Source: Guillardia theta CCMP2712
Taxonomy: Eukaryota > Protista > Cryptophyta
DNA length: 64,000 nt
Assembly (NCBI RefSeq): GCF_000315625.1
Contig: NW_005434671.1
Location: 538,078 to 602,077 of the forward strand
Direction of reading: 5' to 3'
Positions 60,737-64,000 of the stretch are shown here, in pieces. The position numbers and the translations under genes are program-made. The notes below the pieces were generated by a model. The model searched no databases, was not told where the DNA came from, and saw only the letters and a list, made by a program, of their open reading frames with translations. Within the stretch, counting starts at the first letter, position 1. Every line of letters begins with the position of its first letter.

Positions 60737-63500
60737 ATGCAAGTTTACATCAGGACTAGTACGATGTGCATGAGTGGGCGAATGTTGTCAATGCTGCTGT
60801 TGGCGCAAGCTTGTTTGGCCCTACAGGCATGGGGTGGGCATATCGATGTGGAAAGTCTCGCGGCTCTCAGTGGCAACTCGGTGCTGAGAGTACGTGGAGG
60901 AGGACCGCACAACAACAAGGACAAGGTGAGACTGGATGAACGAACGGAGGGGGAGGGGGAGGGGGGAGAGGGGAGGGAACGGGGGGGGGGGGGGCGAAAG
61001 TCGCAATGGCAGACTAATCTTGGTTGAACAGGCCGGGGACTCAACGAAGTATAAGCGCGAAGTGTATGAGAAGATCCAGAGAGAAGTGACGGACAAAGTG
61101 CGATCTCACTTCCAGGACCAACTGAAAGATGAAAAGATACGAAAAGTGCGGGAGAACTCGCGCAGCCGCAACAGGGCGAGGGAGACGTTCAGGAGGTCGA
61201 GAGGGGCTGCGCTGCCTTCCACCAAGAATCGAGTGAGAAACATCGAGCGAACACTTGCGCGGAAGGGCGATTCCATCCCCGAAGACGTGAAGGAGAAGAT
61301 GAGGCAGCGGATCGCTCAGCTGAAGACGGAGTACGAGGAGATCGTTTTGGCTGACAAGGAGAGGAAATATTCGATACGCTACCGAAAGGTGAAATTCTTC
61401 GAGAGGAAGAAGTTGGAAAGAATGCTTTCTCGGAATGCTAAGGAAATCAGGGAATCGGATCCAAACAGCGCAGAGTTCGCCCGGTTGACTTCAGATAGAA
61501 AGCAGATGCTGGAGGACCTGCAGTACGTCCTTTACTTCCCACGAGACATGAAGTATGTCTCTGTGTTGAACAATGACCGGGAGACCATTGCGCGCCTTCG
61601 ATCTTCTCCTGAGTTCCAGAAGAAGATGTCGAGGGCAAGGCAGATCGTGCTTGCTTACAGAGCACTCAAATTGAACCAGACGTCAACCGAGAAATTGAAA
61701 CCTACAGAATCAAGAAAAGTCGCATACCAAGGAACGGAAGCGGAAGATGTAGAGAAGAAAAGAGAGTCTCCCGTGGGAGGAAAAGACAGAAAAGAAGGAA
61801 AAGCATCGGAGAAGAAGAAAGTTCGCCAGGAGGTTACACAAGAACAAGAACAGGAGAATGAAGATGAAGCTTCCTCCATTTCCGCTGGCTCTGTAAGCGA
61901 TGGATTCATGGAGAGGATGAGGCAGGAGCAGCAGAGGTACACTACTGAGATCTCCAAGCTTCGTGACGTCTCCATTGCACCTGCTGAAAAAGCACCTGAC
62001 AACTCAGGAGCAGCTTCAATGTCTGAGGACGAGCACTCGAGCCAAACGCATTTCTTCTCGAGCGGAGAGCAACGTGGAGCGCAAGAGCACGCCAAGCATC
62101 TGATGGAGACGCTCAAAGCAGATCCAATAGACGATGAGAGCGGAGAGGAAGAAATTCCTGGATTGAAACAATTCCTTGGAGTTGAAAGCGACCCTTCAGA
62201 AAACGAGATACGGCGCAGGAAACGATACAACGCAGCTGAAAACTGTTTGAATGCTGGAGACTCCTCATCCGAAGGAGACAAAGCAAGATCAAAGCAAATC
62301 CAGGACAAGAGAGCGAAGGCCAATGGGCGGGCGAAGCAAGACAGCAATACGAGGGAGTCAGCAAAGAAGACAGGCAAAGTGAGGAGTAATTCGCCAAGGG
62401 AGGATCAGGAAGGTTTTCTTGATACCAACCCTTTCTCAGTGGAATCCTCTCCCTCCAAGCAGAGGGTTTCACGTCCTGTGACACTCAACAGCGGCCGAGC
62501 CTTTCCCGCGGCACCCCATGATATGCAAGGACAGACCGGAAAGGAAAACTATTCAGGGATGGACAAAGGGGAACAGAAACAGACCCTGAGCCACAGGAAG
62601 CGATCAGCCGTGAAGCAGCTGCGGCAAGAGCTGAACAGCAAGACCGAAGCGGAAGGCATGAGCAGCTCGGAGCTAGAAGGCAGTGCGAAGGAATGCTTCA
62701 AGTCGGAAGCTCGTAGGAAGGTGAAGCATGTTGAGTCCTCCATGGAAGAGGAGAACTCCTCGCAAGTCGTCAAGAACCGTCACTCCAGAAGGACGCCTAC
62801 TGCCTCAGCCCTCGCTGCTGAGACTCCCAAGTGGAAGCGGCAGGGCCGGGAGAAGCGGAAGGAAAGGTCGCTGGCGCGGGAGAGGCAAGCGGCTGACTCC
62901 GAGGAGAAGGACATCGACGTCTTGTTTCGAACTCCTGCCAAAGACTCTAGGGGCCACAGTAGTCATGTGGAGCCTTGGCAAGAGTCTCCCGGTGGTGCGT
63001 CAGGCCAACCCTCGCGGGTCAAGATCCGAGAAGCAGCTGGAGGATGCGAAACTCCGAGGACGGAGGTGACGAGGCTTGACTTCACCCCCAAACTCACGAC
63101 CAGCCGCACGCGCATGCTCGCACGGAGCCCGCGCGCCATGCCTGAAGACGACCTACTGCGGACACCTCATCTGCCGTTCTATCCAGAAGCCAGCGAATCC
63201 GAGGGGTCAGTGCATAAATCTTCATCCAAGGACAGGCGGAGGGAGGGAGGAAAGCTGGCAGAGGCGACTGCTGCATCCTCCAGCAAATCGAGCGGTAGGA
63301 GAGAAGAGGAGAGCCCCAAGAAGGCTTCTCTCACCCCCAGATCTCTCAAGCCTGTCTCAACTCCAGACAGAACCAGGCGAGTGCTTGACGATATCAACAC
63401 CTTCTTAGACAAGAGGAAGGAGAAGAAACAGCTGAGCTCGGCGGAAGTTCTGGTTGCTCGAGCCGCGTGTTCACACTCTAGAAGGAAAACTGCAAAGTGA
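60737..63500 (+). CDS. EFG1: rRNA-processing protein EFG1 domain with N-terminal signal-like leader and long low-complexity tail
   Basis: KNRVRNIERTL...ERKYSIRYRKVKFFERKKLER...DLQYVLYFPRDMKYVSV. Exon 1 joins in phase 0 through intron 60926-61031. Confidence 0.85.
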
Positions 63501-63567
63501 GGTAGAGGTGCATATGTCGTGAAGGTGGATGTTGTATAAAGTTTCAATGGAGTAAACATAAAACAAC

Positions 63568-64000
63568 TCAAAGCTCGCCATCCCTCATAAAATACACATC
63601 AGATCTTTGAGGTGGTTTGCCAGCGATCAAGCTCAACGGTTCTTTCCGTATCCGAAGATGCCGTTGTTGTTCACTGTTCCCCAGTTCCAGTTGAGAGGAG
63701 TAGGCTTGTCCACGTTGTTCAGGAAGGCGAAATCTGCAAAGAAGACTGACTGGAGGCGAGCGAGCCGAGGCGTCGGGACTCACCTGGGTCAACTGAACAA
63801 TCAGGGTCGTCGCTGCTGTCAGTGGGGTTGAAACTGCGTCACGTTGCAGTCAAGACACTGCAGATGCAGAGGTTACAAGCAAACCTAATGTTGTCCCAGT
63901 TGGTCGTTGGCCCCGCGTTCTGACAAACAGAGTTACACCAACCACAAGCAAGACACGCAAGAGCGTACGCATATGCCATCGTAAGCTGCCTTCCTGAGTA
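63568..64000 (-). CDS. 3' end of an unidentified gene running off the window
   Basis: ORF fragment ending ...KPPQRSDVYFMRDGEL-stop with intron-like gaps upstream. Confidence 0.3.

Overview
Eukaryotic nuclear DNA, gene-dense, with many short (about 45-60 nt) GT-AG introns and a few GC-AG introns. Gene content and style point to a cryptophyte alga, most likely Guillardia theta or a close relative (inference). About 24 genes are visible, including RIO2, a bHLH-PAS-like factor, a dual-specificity phosphatase, mitochondrial DAP3/mS29, a TPR protein, ceramide synthase, DJ-1, tripeptidyl peptidase II, a GT2 glycosyltransferase, a Patched/NPC1-like transporter, CFAP74, a PIN-like protein, a PDZ/C2 protein, a CLC, an EFCAB10-like protein, MgtE and EFG1. 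The standout is an intron-split microbial rhodopsin on the minus strand (28478-30251). It has the bacteriorhodopsin DTD motif (D87/T91/D98) but Pro at the R82 position and Cys at the T90 position, the signature of cryptophyte bacteriorhodopsin-like cation channelrhodopsins. From memory it resembles GtCCR2. Next to it is an apparent three-domain fusion of a BtuF-like binding protein, a Cys-rich module and a Dph6-like ATP pyrophosphatase. Also notable are a signal-peptide/LRVRGG-bearing EFG1 and recurring CCGG-rich islands with C-rich or G-rich flanks in intergenic DNA. Exon boundaries were read by eye and many gene ends are approximate.
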